Below, one piece after another: positions 1-13,930 of a DNA stretch of 64,000 nucleotides (position 1 is its first letter; every line of letters starts with the position of its first letter). The DNA lies in contig OZ024742.1 in the NCBI GenBank assembly GCA_964016885.1, forward strand, positions 146,382,001 through 146,446,000. The letters run 5' to 3'. The translations under genes and the position numbers were made by a program. The notes beneath the pieces were generated by a model. The model saw nothing but the letters and a program-made list of their open reading frames with translations. It was not told where the DNA came from and did not search any database. Source of the DNA: Eledone cirrhosa (taxonomy: Eukaryota).

Positions 1-688
1 ATGCTTGTAATTGAAAGGCACATCATAAAATACATGCAGTAAACCATTATTTATGCCAAATTTCACAGTCCACAATTATAGTAGACTATGTTCTGTGACA
101 AATATAATTTGTTTTAGTACACCACAGCTTTTTCACCAGTATTTTTGTATCTTGTTTTAGTTGTGGTTAAGATTGTTTACACATAATACATGATGGGTCA
201 TCTTGTGAAAGTATCCATGATACAGTATTTTCATTTGCATCAGTTACTAAGGTAACTCCTGTTATTGTAATATCATAATTCTGGATCACTAGCTTTGATA
301 TTAACATCATCTTTATATGTTAAAACCTTTTGATACCAAACTATCTAAAACTGCCTCTGGTTCTAAGGTATAAAACTGTCTGTTTTAAAGTGTTTATGTT
401 TATGAAAACAACCTCCATCATAATTTTATGTAAGAAGCTTTGTCAGTTTATGCACCAAACACCAGCTTAATAATGAGAAAGTTATTTTATTAAATTCATC
501 CAAATTCTTGATTATTTTCAAAATTATTTGAACATTTTATGTTGTGTCTTTTATTAGAAATACAGCTATGAAAGAAGCGGTAAATGTCTTTTGTTGTTAA
601 ACTTCCTATGAAAATGGGACACCAAATTTACAAAATTATGCAAGTGGTGATATGTAGTCTGAATAATGACCAATATATCTTTAACAGA

Positions 689-872
689 GGCGGTGGATTG
701 GCAGTATCGGTAGAGGGTCGGACGCTATGCTTTCCAGCATAGTTACGTCCCTTTACGATCTGAGTTCAAATCCCGCCGAGGTTGACTTTGCCTTTCATCC
801 TTACGGGGTCGATAAAATAAAGTACCAGTAATGAACTGGGTAATTGCTGGCCTTGTGCCTAAAGTAGAGACA
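689..872 (+). mobile_element. tRNA-derived SINE, family A, full length with 17-bp TSD
   Basis: Box A-like tggattggcagtatcgg and box B gagttcaaatcc; body gcctttcatccttacggggtcgataaaataaagtaccag; TSD aatatatctttaacaga at 672-688 and 873-889; many near-identical copies in the window. Confidence 0.9.
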
Positions 873-1259
873 AATATATCTTTAACAGAAATTTAGGAAG
901 TCCGAGAAAAGACTTTAAATGCTTCATATTCTCTGGAGGTTTTACACCCATAGTTCTAAACTATAATTTGCTTATGGCTATAATCTTTCTTTGTTAATTG
1001 TTATTTGAACCCATACTCCCAGATAATCCATCAGTCACTAATACAGATATATTTTGATTAATCACCATATCTTCATGGTCTTATCTACCTTGATATACAG
1101 ATGTTCAACAGTTTTGGTACCAATATATATATAATAGTTTGATAAAATAATGTACCAGTAATACACTGGGATAATTGCTGGCCTTGTGCCAAAAGTAGAA
1201 ACAAATATATATATAATAGTTATGGTTTTCCTTACTGTTTCTTTTTATTAATTGGAAAG

Positions 1260-1695
1260 TGCACAGCCATACCAGGTTGCTAACCTGGTGCCTGCTGCCT
1301 GTATTAGCCAGTTCTTTGCCCACTGAGATCAATGGTTGACACCCCTTCACCACGATGAGGCATCTGGCAAGACCAAGGGTCTCCTGTTGAGAGATAGATA
1401 AGTCATAGACGCTGCAGAGGGTGGTCATGGAGCACCGGTGCCACCTGGCTGGCCATATTCTGTGCCTGCCCAATGAACAACACTCAAAAACTGAACTGGA
1501 CTCCACCTGGCAGGAAATAGAAGCGGAGTTGTCCCAGGATCACCTGGCGAGTGATGAACATTCCAAAAATACCTGTTGGTAGCCAATATCACTTGGCACA
1601 GACACAAAAAAGCTGCCACTAATTGTGGTCGTTGATGACTACTTACTGCTCTATGCACCGATGTTCAACAGTTTTGGTACCAATATATATATAAT
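1260..1695 (+). mobile_element. Decayed RTE-clade LINE, C-terminal fragment
   Basis: Broken frames read VVMEHRCHLAGHILCLP and NWTPPGRK*KRSCPRITWR, matching the RTE C-terminal motifs RRLRLAGH...WxP..GKRxRGRPxxTW. Confidence 0.7.
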
Positions 1696-1719
1696 TTATA
1701 TATATTTAAAATAAATAAC

Positions 1720-2460
1720 ATTACCACTGTCATTTTAAACCACCTCCTAAAACATAGGGCTATCTGTTTTAATTCCATATGGAAGACACATCCATCTTTA
1801 TGTATCAATGTGTATTTATATATTGTGGTGATTTTTCTTGCTTCAGAACATACTTCTATCTGATGATATGTCCACTTTTAAATCGTATTTAGCAAAATAA
1901 TTTATGCTGGAGAGGGAATGAAATATTGATTCAGTATTTAGAGTTGGATAAGAATAAGCACAAAATCTATATTCTCCTCATATTGGAGAATTTCAACAAA
2001 TTATTTTATTTAAAACTGCTATGATCTTCACATATTCCCAGAGCTCTCCCCACCCCTTCATTTAACCAATAAACTGGAAGTCCATTTACTCCCTCTAGGA
2101 GGAACTTATTCTGAAAGATCATTAATTAGTTTCCTCAGCTTCACTATGACTAATGGCTTAATCTCTATTGGTAATGGTCTTGCCTCATAATAATATGGCC
2201 TGATATTTCCTTTTAGAAGAATGTTGGCCTTAAAACCTCTTAATCTCTTAAATGGAACTTCAATTTCATGAATTAATATTGAGCTATCAACATTCATCAC
2301 TTCTATACCATACAAGCCATGATGTATTTTTTACATTCAGCATCAATATCATTCACAACCCTTTTGCTTTTATCACTTCCCATTATTACATAAAATTTCC
2401 CCAAAATTTCAATGAGTGATGCATTGATGCATCAAATTGGATTTGTTTGAGATTTGTCTT
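1720..2460 (-). pseudogene. Ty3/Gypsy LTR-retrotransposon pol remnant (region upstream of RT plus RT N-half)
   Basis: ORF 2106-2315 GFKANILLKGNIRPYYYEARPLP...; broken downstream frames SKWTSS, LGICEDH, YPTLNTESIFHSLSSINYFAKYDL, HQIEV, LPYGIK resemble Gypsy RT motifs; several stops and frameshifts. Confidence 0.75.
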
Positions 2461-2658
2461 TCTTAATTTTAGTTTAATCAAATCAAACTAGAAATTCTGG
2501 ATTATTACAGTTACTTAATTGACAGTATCTAATATCACCAGTGTGCTTTACATTTATTTGTATACTGTTGTTGTTTGTTTTTAGACCAGTTTCATAAATA
2601 TTTGCAGAATCATCATTTTCAATTTCTTCCGTGTCTTTTTAAAGATTTGCATACTGCC

Positions 2659-2867
2659 TTAACCCTTTACAGTACTCTTTATTTACTATTATATTTTCAT
2701 TTTAAAGGCTTTACCTCACGTAATTATCTCACTTAATATCGAATTTATGAGATTTTGATATTATTTATTTTGAGAACAATACCTTAACATCAGTATGAGT
2801 GGCTGGTTACAGCCAGTTTGAACAGAAAGAGGTGAGAGAATTCTGGCTGGATACAGAGTTAAAGGGA
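2659..2867. mobile_element. Degenerate TTAA-type (piggyBac-like) MITE
   Basis: Starts ttaacccttta; internal sequence similar to copies at 7643-7833 and 61916-62137. Confidence 0.6.
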
Positions 2868-3751
2868 ATGGGCAAAGACGTTAGAGAATTGGATTAAACA
2901 CTTTGGTATCTTTTCTAGCTCATTGTGTTCTGAGTTCAAATCCCACTAAAATCAACTTTTCTTTCATCATTTCATGGGCAATAAATAAAGAACTAGTCCA
3001 GGTGTAGTGGTGAGTTGTTAGAATTCTTAAATAATTTTACAGGATGCTTTGTGACATCTTATCTAGTTCTATGCATTCTGAGTTTAGATACACTCCTTTC
3101 CTAGTAGTTAGGATATTGGATTCATTATCACAAGGTTGTGAGTTCACAACATGCAACATGTTATATTCTTGAGCAAAATGCTTTATTTCACATTGTTCCT
3201 TCTGTCATGAGTTGCAACTGGCAGACAGTATTAGCAATAGAAAGAACCATGGAAGCATTGTTTTGGTTTAATCTGATGATCAGCATTTTTCCTTTCCTTT
3301 TTAATAAAGTTTTACTAATTGTAAGATATTTAGATGGTACATATTTATAGCCACAAAACGACATTTATACTATGTTCTATTCTTGTTTCTATCAACATAT
3401 GATACAGTAATATCCTTAAAATCCTTCTCACTATTTTTTAAAGTTTCAACTATCTGAAATTTAGAAATCATTTCAAACTGTTGAATGAATTCAATCAATG
3501 AATTAAGCCTCAGATCACCTGACTGAAAATAGTTTAATGATTTCCTAAATGTTTAAATGATTGAATGTCATCTGTGAGTCTTAGTTGAATCATACCCTCT
3601 TCCAGCTCTGTCCCTTATTCCAGTTTTATAAAATACATAAAATTAGTTGATTTACATAATCTTTGAGAATATTATTAAATTGATTGTCAGATATTTTATG
3701 TTGTAACAAGAATCTAACCTTTTCAGCAATTGTCAATTATTTCTGGAGACA

Positions 3752-4070
3752 TTACCACAGATGTCGTACCACAGATGTCAAACCACAGTTGTCGAACCAC
3801 AGATGTTGCACAAAAGATGTCGCACCACAGATGTCGCACAACAGATGTCGCACCACAGATGTCGAACCACAGTTGTCGAACCACAGATGTTGCACAACAG
3901 ATGTCGCACCACAGATGTCGCACAACAGATGTCGCACCACAGATGTTGAACCACAGTTGTCGAACCACAGATGTTGCACAACAGATGTCGCACCACAGAT
4001 GTCGCACAACAGATGTCACACAACGCATGTCACATAACAGATGTCACACCACAGATGACACACCACAGAT
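3752..4070. repeat. 14-bp minisatellite with an 84-bp higher-order unit
   Basis: Units caccacagatgtcg, aaccacagttgtcg, cacaacagatgtcg recur in a 6-unit order; explains the six overlapping ORFs. Confidence 0.9.
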
Positions 4071-5473
4071 CTAATATCACATACTAGAAATAATTTCTTT
4101 AAACTTTCCATATGGCCATCATACCTGCTTGACAAAACAAATCAAATCTGTCATTTTTAAAAGTCAATTCTAAATTTGTATATGTTTATTCTCAATACAT
4201 GTGTTTCACTCACAAAGTTGGCTTGGAAACCATTGATAATTATATAAATATGAAAAAGAAAGATAAAAACAAAATTAAGTAATGAGAAAAGCGGGAAGAG
4301 GTAAAGAAGGGAATATTTTTGCAGTATAGGAAAGTAGAGGAAAGGACTATAAATACCATAAAAGAGGAAGAGGAGAGAAAAAGCAAGGATTCTTGAGCCA
4401 CAGAAGAAACGAAGGGGGAAGGGAGAGAGTGGTGGGCTCTTGGTCTAAGGTGGAGTGGTGTTTGGGCTGCTTAGGGTGTCTACAACCAAGCCCCTGTCAT
4501 ATTTGGGTCAAGTGCAAAGGTGTTGTTATAAACAGGTGACAGTACTGTATGCGTCAGTAGAGTTTTACATCGTTCTTCCACGCTAACATGGGTTACATAG
4601 TGTTTATATAAATACAGTCATTGTCACATGTGGTCCCTTTCATTCAGAAGTTTTATTCAACTGATTGGCGATAGATATGGAGATAGTAAGCACCTTCAAC
4701 AGACACAATAATGTACACACACATGGCTAGTAGCAACCTTAAATATACTTAGTCACATGTGAACATGTAAAAGATAAGGTTAGTATAATAATAATAATGT
4801 TGTTATCCAATAGATTGTGTTGTATACAAAATGACAGGATTGTGAACTGGCAGAAAGAGTGAGATACAGAAAAAAATTTTAACATTTTTGTTACTGCATT
4901 GCTAATGACATACACTGTTATTGTGTATCAATTTTCAAAATAATAAAATAATGTTTGCATTAGTCGGTGATATGTAATGTTTGGAACTTAACAAAATTTT
5001 CTATAATAAAATTATGTTGGAAAATTTTAATGTAAGTATGAACATTTTAAAATGGGTTGTTTTGTGTTATAGAACTAGGGGTAGTTTCAGGTAGTTTGAT
5101 AATAAAAGGGTTGACACACTGGAATCGTCCATTGACAGTTGGTGCCTTTGTCAGAGAACAAGAATGAAACACAAACGATTACAAATGACTGAGAGTTGAA
5201 TAATCAACATTGCTAATACCACTACCACTACTACAATTCCCATCAGTATACGTCCACTTGTAATACTAACAATGGTCAGATGGATTGTTAGCATCAGAGT
5301 AAATTCTTATTTGGAGTTAATGCCCTCCTAGACAGGCACATATCTTGCTTGTACATTCCAATTTTGGCATGGTTTCTACAGCTGGATGTTTTATCTTGGC
5401 ATCAACCCAAAAGAGGTTGCTTTGTCCACTAAAAAACTAAAGTGACCTATCCACTCTAAATAATCTCCATTAT

Positions 5474-5639
5474 CGGTAGAGGGTTGGACGCCATGCTTTC
5501 TAGCATAGTTACTTCCCTTTACGGTCTGAGTTCAAATCCCGTCGAGGTTAACTTTGCCTTTCATCCTTACGGGGTCGATAAAATAAAGTACCAGTAATGT
5601 ACTGGGATAATTGCTGGCCTTGTGCCAATAGTAGAAACA
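5474..5639 (+). mobile_element. SINE family A, 5'-truncated
   Basis: Near-identical to 689-872; preceded by ccattat and followed by attat. Confidence 0.85.
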
Positions 5640-6279
5640 ATTATTTCAATATAAATAAGTACAGTTGATTGCCCATTGTAAAACAACTGCAGTTGACTGT
5701 CCTGTGTGGCACAACTGCAGTTGACTGTCCTGTGTGGCACAACCACAGTTGACTGTCCTGTGTAACACAAATAACAAGTCATTGATCCTGTGAAATAACT
5801 CTTGAAATAAAGAAGCCAGAATTATTTACTGTTGTTTTTTTTTTTTTAATAGAATAGAATTAAAAATGTTTTCTGTTGTTCCATTGTTTTCATTAGCGAT
5901 TGTCCATTAATAAAAGATGAGTATATGAGATATGTTGACTATAGAACTAGAGAAGGTTTAAGGATTGTCATTTGAGTTTTTATTTAATTTATCTGCCTGC
6001 TTTCAATTAGCATAACAGAATTAATGTAACAACATCCTTCTAAATCAATAATGTCAATTACAATTTTGTATTAACATTATAACAACAACAACAGAGTTAG
6101 AAGGTGTTCTTACCACCTGCGCTGGAGTTAAGGAAACTGCCAAGGTAAAAGGTTTATGCAATAACTGTTATTAAAATTCTCTATAAAGAATGTGTAGAGT
6201 ATGTTGTGTTGAGTTGTGATTGTTTAGTGTATGTGTTATATGGGTTGTTTTATGTTTTGTATGTTAAATGGTGTGAAAG

Positions 6280-6512
6280 TACATGGCTTAGTGGTTCAAG
6301 TGTTCAACTCAGGATTGTAAGGTTGTGAGTTTGATTCCTGGTAGTTTGCTGTGTCTTTGGACAAGACACTTTATTTCACATTGTTCCAGTTCATTCAGTT
6401 GACAAAAATGGGTAGTATCTGTAATTCAAAGAGCCAACCATGACACATTCTGTGTTGTGTTGAATCTCTTCGAGAACTGTTAAGAGGACATGTATCTGTG
6501 GAATACTTAACC
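6280..6512 (+). mobile_element. Old tRNA-derived SINE (family B-type head)
   Basis: catggcttagtggtt head and ttggacaagacactttatttcacattgttccag core; related copies near 3090-3200, 48860-48980 (-) and 59935-60230. Confidence 0.65.
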
Positions 6513-6884
6513 AAAGAGGTATGTTAGCCTTTATATAGTATTATATACTTTAGTAGTGTGTCAGCATAATTCAGGGGTGTTTGTGGGGTACCCTGATTCA
6601 CCCTATCTAGTTTCTTCCCAATTTTAGGGGGATCCTTTTCTTGTTATCTTATGGTCAATAGCAAAACTATTATCATCATATATGGCAGTGGATTGGCAGA
6701 AGCATTTGAGTGTTAGACAAAATGCTATGTAGCATTTGTTCCAGTTCTTTGCATTCTGAGTTCTGCCTTTCATCGTTCCAAGATCCATAAAACAAAGTAT
6801 GATTCTAATACTGGGGTCATTATAATTGCTAGCTTTGTGGCTAAGTTAGAAACAATTATTATTATTACTATTACTGGCTAAATT

Positions 6885-7065
6885 GTTTCTACTTTAGGCA
6901 CAAGGCCAGCAATTACCCAGTGCATTACTGGTACTTTATTTTATTGACCCCGTAAGGATGAAAGGCAAAGTTAACCTCGGCAGGATTTGAACTCAGATCA
7001 TAAAGGGACGTAACTACGCTGGAAAGCATGTCTGACCTTTCTACCAATACTGCCAATTCACTGCC
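6885..7065 (-). mobile_element. SINE family A
   Basis: Reverse complement of 689-872. Confidence 0.85.
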
Positions 7066-7642
7066 TATTAGATAAATTAATGCCATATATTTTGTAGTGC
7101 ATACACATATCATAGGCCCACTTAAAACAAAAGTTCTCATCTGAGGCACAAGTCCAGGCAAGGGGTTTGGGGGAAGACCAGCAATCACCCAGACCCATGC
7201 AATACAAGTCTCCTCTCCCCATGTTACTGATGTCCAAGGGAAAGGCAAATGCTGTTACAGTTTGGCATCTGTAATGCTGCAACTCAATATTTTCAGCAGA
7301 GTGAACTAGAGCAACATGCTCAAACACACAAAACACTACATAGTTCCAAGAATGAAAGTCACCACCTCTCTATTTTGAACCTAACACTCTAACCATGAAG
7401 CCACATGTGGATCCAATTTAACAACCTTTTAACAACCTTTGACAAATAAAGAAATTTGAGAAAAGTATCAGACTTAAAAAATAAGTACTGGGACTGATAT
7501 GACTAGCAGACAAATAAAAAAAGAGTAAAATAATAAAAGAATAGTAAAATCTCATTCAACAATTTAAACTTTTCATTTTTTCTTTTCTTTCATAACAAGA
7601 ATTTCTAAGATATATGATAAATATATACATATATACATTTAA

Positions 7643-7833
7643 CCCTTTAGCATATTTACTATTATATTTTCATAGTAAAGGCTTTACCTAACATAATCAT
7701 CTCACATAATTATCTCACATAATATGTTGAGAACAATACCTTAACATCAGTATAAGCAGCTTGTTACAGCCGGTTTGAGCAGAAAGTGGTCAGAGAATTC
7801 TGGATGGATACAGCTGGTTTAAATGCTAAAGGG
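7643..7833. mobile_element. piggyBac-type MITE
   Basis: TTAA-ccctttagcat ... atgctaaaggg-TTAA: terminal inverted repeats with a TTAA TSD. Confidence 0.8.
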
Positions 7834-7917
7834 TTAATATGCATTGTAAAATATATATTCTTGCAATTGTATTTTTATGGGTATGTGTCTGAAAATACAT
7901 CTTTGTATATGTGTGAA

Positions 7918-7998
<81 letters not shown>

Positions 7999-8909
7999 TC
8001 TGCTTCCTTCTTCCATATCCCCAATTCATATTTCTTGTCCGATTATGTCAGCATGGAAGCAAGATGTAATCCCTACTTCCGCTGCCATCTCTATTCCTTG
8101 TCTAACTCATGCCAGAATGAAAAGCTAGGCATGCCTCACAATATACCATCAGATGCAGCTCACTCTCTTTACCTTAATAACTCAATGTTTCATCTCCCAT
8201 GGTGGTATGACCCTTTCTAATCACGTCAATGCCTCTCCAGTGCTGGTACCATGATCAAAATGCACACAGCCCACTCTGTAAAGTGGTAGTACTGGTGCCA
8301 CAATAAAAAAAAACCCAGTCCACCCTGTATGATGGAAGTGCTTGTGCTATGACAAAATTTACCAGCATACCTTATAAGGTGGTAGTGCTTGAGGCATAAT
8401 AAAATGTTCCTAGTACACACTGTAAAGTGTTTGGCATTGGGATGAGCACTCAGCTTTAGAACCCAAGTCAAAAATGGTTCATATGAGCAAGATGTGGTTA
8501 CTAGAACAGTCAGGCCTCAGCATGTCTAATCCATACAAACATGGAAAATAAATGTTTAAGGGTGATGATAATGATTTACATATACACATGTATATGCAAT
8601 GTACTATATATATATATAATATAATAATATACATTGTAGAATATACATTATTAATATTTTATAAATATGTATATTACATATATATGATCAACCATTGCCA
8701 GCATGGAAAACAGATATAAAATGATGATGATATATAATATATATGATATGCATTGTAAAATATATATATTCACAAATATACTTGAATGGGTATGTACCTG
8801 TAATGATGTGTGTGTGTGTGTGTGTGTGTATGCATGTGTATGTGTATGTGTGCATGTGTGTGTGAATGTGTATGTGAGTGTGTATGTATATATGAATGTG
8901 TGAGAGAGA

Positions 8910-8960
<51 letters not shown>

Positions 8961-9964
8961 CCAACCCATACCAGCATGAAAAAAAAAGATATAAAATGAT
9001 GATGATGACATTATACATATATATAATATAATAATATGGATAGTAGAATATATACATTATTAATATATCTGTCTCTATACAATATTGGAATGTTGCAAGA
9101 ATTGAGGAAAAAAAAAATTAAATTTACCGTATTTCTTGCATCAACATCTACAAATATCAACAACAATTGGGTAATGTTAGATACACAATGGAGATGGGAG
9201 GAGAACTTTGAAGGAAACTGCGATGAAATGTTGCAATATTTTGACTATCTAACATGAAACATTCCTCACATGATCATAGTCACAGAACAAAACAACATGA
9301 CAGAATTCTTCAAGAGAGAGGAAAAAAATTGTCTTGCCTAAATTAGAAGAAAAATTGAACATATTGGAAATCATTATCAAGTTTTGACTTGTTAATCAGC
9401 TGCTTAAATCTATGCCGAGCTAAATGTCTATAGAATTGGAATTGGAAATGGTAATAAAAGAAAGTGGGAAGAGAGACAGGCAAGGAAAGAAAGAGAGAGA
9501 GAAAGGGGAAGGAGACCGAAGAAGAAAAAAGAAAAAAGGTTTTTCATACTTAAATTGGTTTTGTGTTGTACAATGAAGTTTGATTACACTCAGGAAAAAT
9601 GTTGTGGAAATAGAGAGAGAAATAGAGAGAAATAGAGAAAGAAAGAAAGAAGTTGAAAGAAAAAGTAAAGGAAATAAAGAAATCAGTTCTGAGAATGAAT
9701 TCTTTGAATAAAAGAACAAAAATAGAAAACACACACACACACACACAAAAAACAACAAAATTTAATTTTTTAAATCAAAAAACTCCTACCCCCATCAATG
9801 ATACCACCAACATCACCACCACCACCAATACCAACATCACCAGCATCATCATCACCATCTGCAATGCCCCCAACATCACTACCATCATCAGCAACAGTAT
9901 CTTCATTAACATCAGCAACATCACAAATTTCATCACGGCCATTATTAACAACAACAATGTGTTA

Positions 9965-10930
9965 GTTCCAAGAGATACACCATTAATATAGTTTTTCTAT
10001 ATCTGTAATAACTCCAACAGTTACATCATGAATATTGTATCTCTGTGTCTATATCGACTCTATAAGATAACCATTAAACTAGTGTCTTTGTGCCTGTATC
10101 AACTCTATAAGATACACCATTAATGTAGTGTTTCTATATCTGTATCAACTCCAACAGTTACATCATGAATATTGTATTCTGTGTCTATATCGACTCCATA
10201 AGATAACCATTAAAATAGTGTCTCTGTGCTTGTATCAACTCTAAAAGATACACCATTAATGTAGTGTTTCTATATCTGTATCAACTCCAACAGTTACATC
10301 ATGAATATTGTATTCTGTGTCTATATTGACTCCATAAGATAACCATTAAAATAGTGTCTCTGTGCTTGTATCAACTCTAAAAGATACACCATTAATGTAG
10401 TGTTTCTATATCTGTATCAACTCCAACAGTTACATCATGAATATACTATCTCTGTGTCTGTATCAACTCCAAGAGATATACCATGGATGACATGTTTCTG
10501 TGTTAGTGTTCACTCCAAGAGATACAGCATGAGTATAGTGTTTCTGGGTATGTGTCAACATAAAAAAATCCACCATGGATGAAATGTTTCATGGCCTGTG
10601 TCCACTCCAAGAGATACATCATGGATCAAATGTGCCATGGCCTGTGTCCACTCCATGAGATACCCCTGTGCCTGTGTCAACACCAAAAGATGCAACATGG
10701 GTGAAATGTTTTTTGTGACCTGTGTCCACTCCAAAAGATTCATCACTGATATAATGTTTCTGGACCTGTGAGTGTGTTGACTCCTAGTGATACACCACTG
10801 ATGAAGTATTTCTAAGCCTTTGTCTATGTCAATTCCAGAAGATACAGCATGGATGTAGTGCTTTTGGATCTGTCAATTCTAGTTGATATACCATGGATAT
10901 GTTTTATCAGTGTCAACTTCAGAGAAATGT
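9965..10930. repeat. Satellite of ~45-bp subunits with a 136-bp higher-order repeat
   Basis: gatacaccattaatgtag recurs at 10111, 10247 and 10383; degenerate subunits continue rightwards. Confidence 0.85.
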
Positions 10931-11004
10931 ATGGAACAAAATATAAGGCTCTTCAGGCTTGTCAAATGCAAAGAAATCTCTCTATTGCTAGTGCCATGAT
11001 AAAA

Positions 11005-13930
11005 AGCACCCAGTACACACTCTCAAGCAGTAGTGTTGCTACAATAAACTGACCCAGTACACACTCTCAAGTAGTAGTGATGTTGCTACAATAACCTCAC
11101 CCAGTACACACTCTCAAGTAGTAGTGATGTTGCTACAATAACCTCACCCAGTACACACTCTCAAGCAGTAGTGATGTTGCTACAATAACCTCACCCAGTA
11201 CACACTCTCAAGTAGTAGTGATGTTGCTACAATAACCTCACCCAGTACACACTCTCAAGCAGTAGTGATGTTGCTACAATAAACTCACCCAGTACACACT
11301 CTCAAGTAGTAGTGATGTTGCTACAATAACCTCACCCAGTACACACTCTCAAGCAGTAGTGATGTTGCTACAATAACCTCACCCAGTACACACTCTCAAG
11401 TAGTAGTGATGTTGCTACAATAACCTCACCCAGTACACACTCTCAAGTAGTAGTGATGTTGCTACAATAACCTCACCCAGTACACACTCTCAAGCAGTAG
11501 TGATGTTGCTACAATAACCTCACCCAGTACACACTCTCAAGTAGTAGTGATGTTGCTACAATAACCTCACCCAGTACACACTCTCAAGTAGTAGTGATGT
11601 TGCTACAATAACCTCACCCAGTACACACTCTCAAGTAGTAGTGATGTTGCTACAATAACCTCACCCAGTACACACTCTCAAGCAGTAGTGATGTTGCTAC
11701 AATAAACTCACCCAGTACACACTCTCAAGTAGTAGTGATGTTGCTACAATAACCTCACCCAGTACACACTCTCAAGCAGTTGTGATGTTGCTACAATAAC
11801 CTCACCCAGTACACACTCTCAAGTAGTAGTGATGTTGCTACAATAACCTCACCCAGTACACACTCTCAACTAGTAGTGATGTTGCTACAATAACCTCACC
11901 CAGTACACACTCTCAAGTAGTAGTGATGTTGCTACAATAATCTCACCCAGTACACACTCTCAAGTAGTAGTGATGTTGCTACAATAACCTCACCCAGTAC
12001 ACACTCTCAAGTAGTAGTGATGTTGCTACAATAACCTCACCCAGTACACACTCTCAAGCAGTAGTGATGTTGCTACAATAACCTCACCCAGTACACACTC
12101 TCAACCAGTAGTGATGTTGTTACAATAAACTCACCCAGTACACACTCTCAAGTAGTAGTGATGTTGCTACAATAACCTCACCCAGTACACACTCTCAAGC
12201 AGTAGTGATGTTGCTACAATAACCTCACCCAGTACACACTCTCAAGCAGTAGTGATGTTGCTACAATAAACTGACCCAGTACACACTCTCAAGCAGTAGT
12301 GATGTTGCTACAATAACCTCACCCAGTACACACTCTCAAGTAGTAGTGATGTTGCTACAATAACCTCACCCAGTACACACTCTCAACTAGTAGTGATGTT
12401 GCTACAATAACCTCACCCAGTACACACTCTCAAGCAGTAGTGATGTTGCTACAATAAACTCACCCAGTACACACTCTCAAGTAGTAGTGATGTTGCTACA
12501 ATAACCTCACCCAGTACACATTCTCAAGCAGTAGTGATGTTGCTACAATAACCTCACCCAGTACACACTCTCAAGTAGTAGTGATGTTGCTACAATAACC
12601 TCACCCAGTACACACTCTCAAGTAGTAGTGATGTTGCTACAATAACCTCACCCAGTACACACTCTCAAGCAGTAGTGATGTTGCTACAATAACCTCACCC
12701 AGTACACATTCTCAAGCAGTAGTGATGTTGCTACAATAACCTCACCCAGTACACATTCTCAAGCAGTAGTGATGTTGCTACAATAACCTCACCCAGTACA
12801 CATTCTCAAGCAGTAGTGATGTTGCTACAATAACCTCACCCAGTACACACTCTCAAGTAGTAGTGATGTTGCTACAATAACCTCACCCAGTACACACTCT
12901 CAAGTAGTAGTGATGTTGCTACAATAACCTCACCCATTACACACTCTCAAGCAGTAGTGATGTTGCTACAATAACCTCACCCAGTACACACTCTCAAGCA
13001 GTAGTGATGTTGCTACAATAACCTCACCCAGTACACACTCTCAAGTAGTAGTGATGTTGCTACAATAACCTCACCCAGTACACACTCTCAAGCAGTAGTG
13101 ATGTTGCTACAATAACCTCACCCAGTACACACTCTCAAGTAGTAGTGATGTTGCTACAATAACCTCACCCATTACACACTCTCAAGCAGTAGTGATGTTG
13201 CTACAATAACCTCACCCAGTACACACTCTCAAGCAGTAGTGATGTTGCTACAATAACCTAACCCAGTACACACTCTCAACTAGTAGTGATGTTGCTACAA
13301 TAACCTCACCCAGTACACATTCTCAAGCAGTAGTGATGTTGCTACAATAAACTCACCCATTACACACTCTCAAGCAGTAGTGATGTTGCTACAATAACCT
13401 CACCCAGTACACACTCTCAAGTAGTAGTGATGTTGCTACAATAACCTCACCCATTACACACTCTCAAGCAGTAGTGATGTTGCTACAATAACCTCACCCA
13501 GTACACACTCTCAAGCAGTAGTGATGTTGCTACAATAACCTCACCCAGTACACACTCTCAAGTAGTAGTGATGTTGCTACAATAACCTCACCCAGTACAC
13601 ACTCTCAAGTAGTAGTGATGTTGCTATAATAACCTCACCCAGTACACACTCTCAAGCAGTAGTGATGTTGCTACAATAAACTCACCCAGTACACACTCTC
13701 AAGCAGTAGTGATGTTGCTACAATAACCTCACCCAGTACACACTCTCAAGTAGTAGTGATGTTGCTACAATAACCTCACCCAGTACACACTCTCAAGCAG
13801 TAGTGATGTTGCTACAATAACCTCACCCAGTACACACTCTCAAGCAGTAGTGATGTTGCTACAATAATCTCACCCAGTACACACTCTCAAGCAGTAGTGA
13901 TGTTGCTACAATAATCTCACCCAGTATATA
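11005..13930. repeat. Homogeneous 47-bp tandem satellite, about 62 copies
   Basis: Unit cacccagtacacactctcaagtagtagtgatgttgctacaataacct, with only scattered single-base variants. Confidence 0.97.

Noticed and set aside
689-780. tRNA gene
   Set aside because: tRNA-like head of a SINE with a TSD; no complete cloverleaf or terminator
3684-4074. Six overlapping Cys/His-rich ORFs
   Set aside because: Artefact of a 14-bp minisatellite that lacks stop codons
11005-13930. CRISPR-like array
   Set aside because: Head-to-tail identical units with no unique spacers, no cas genes, and a eukaryotic context
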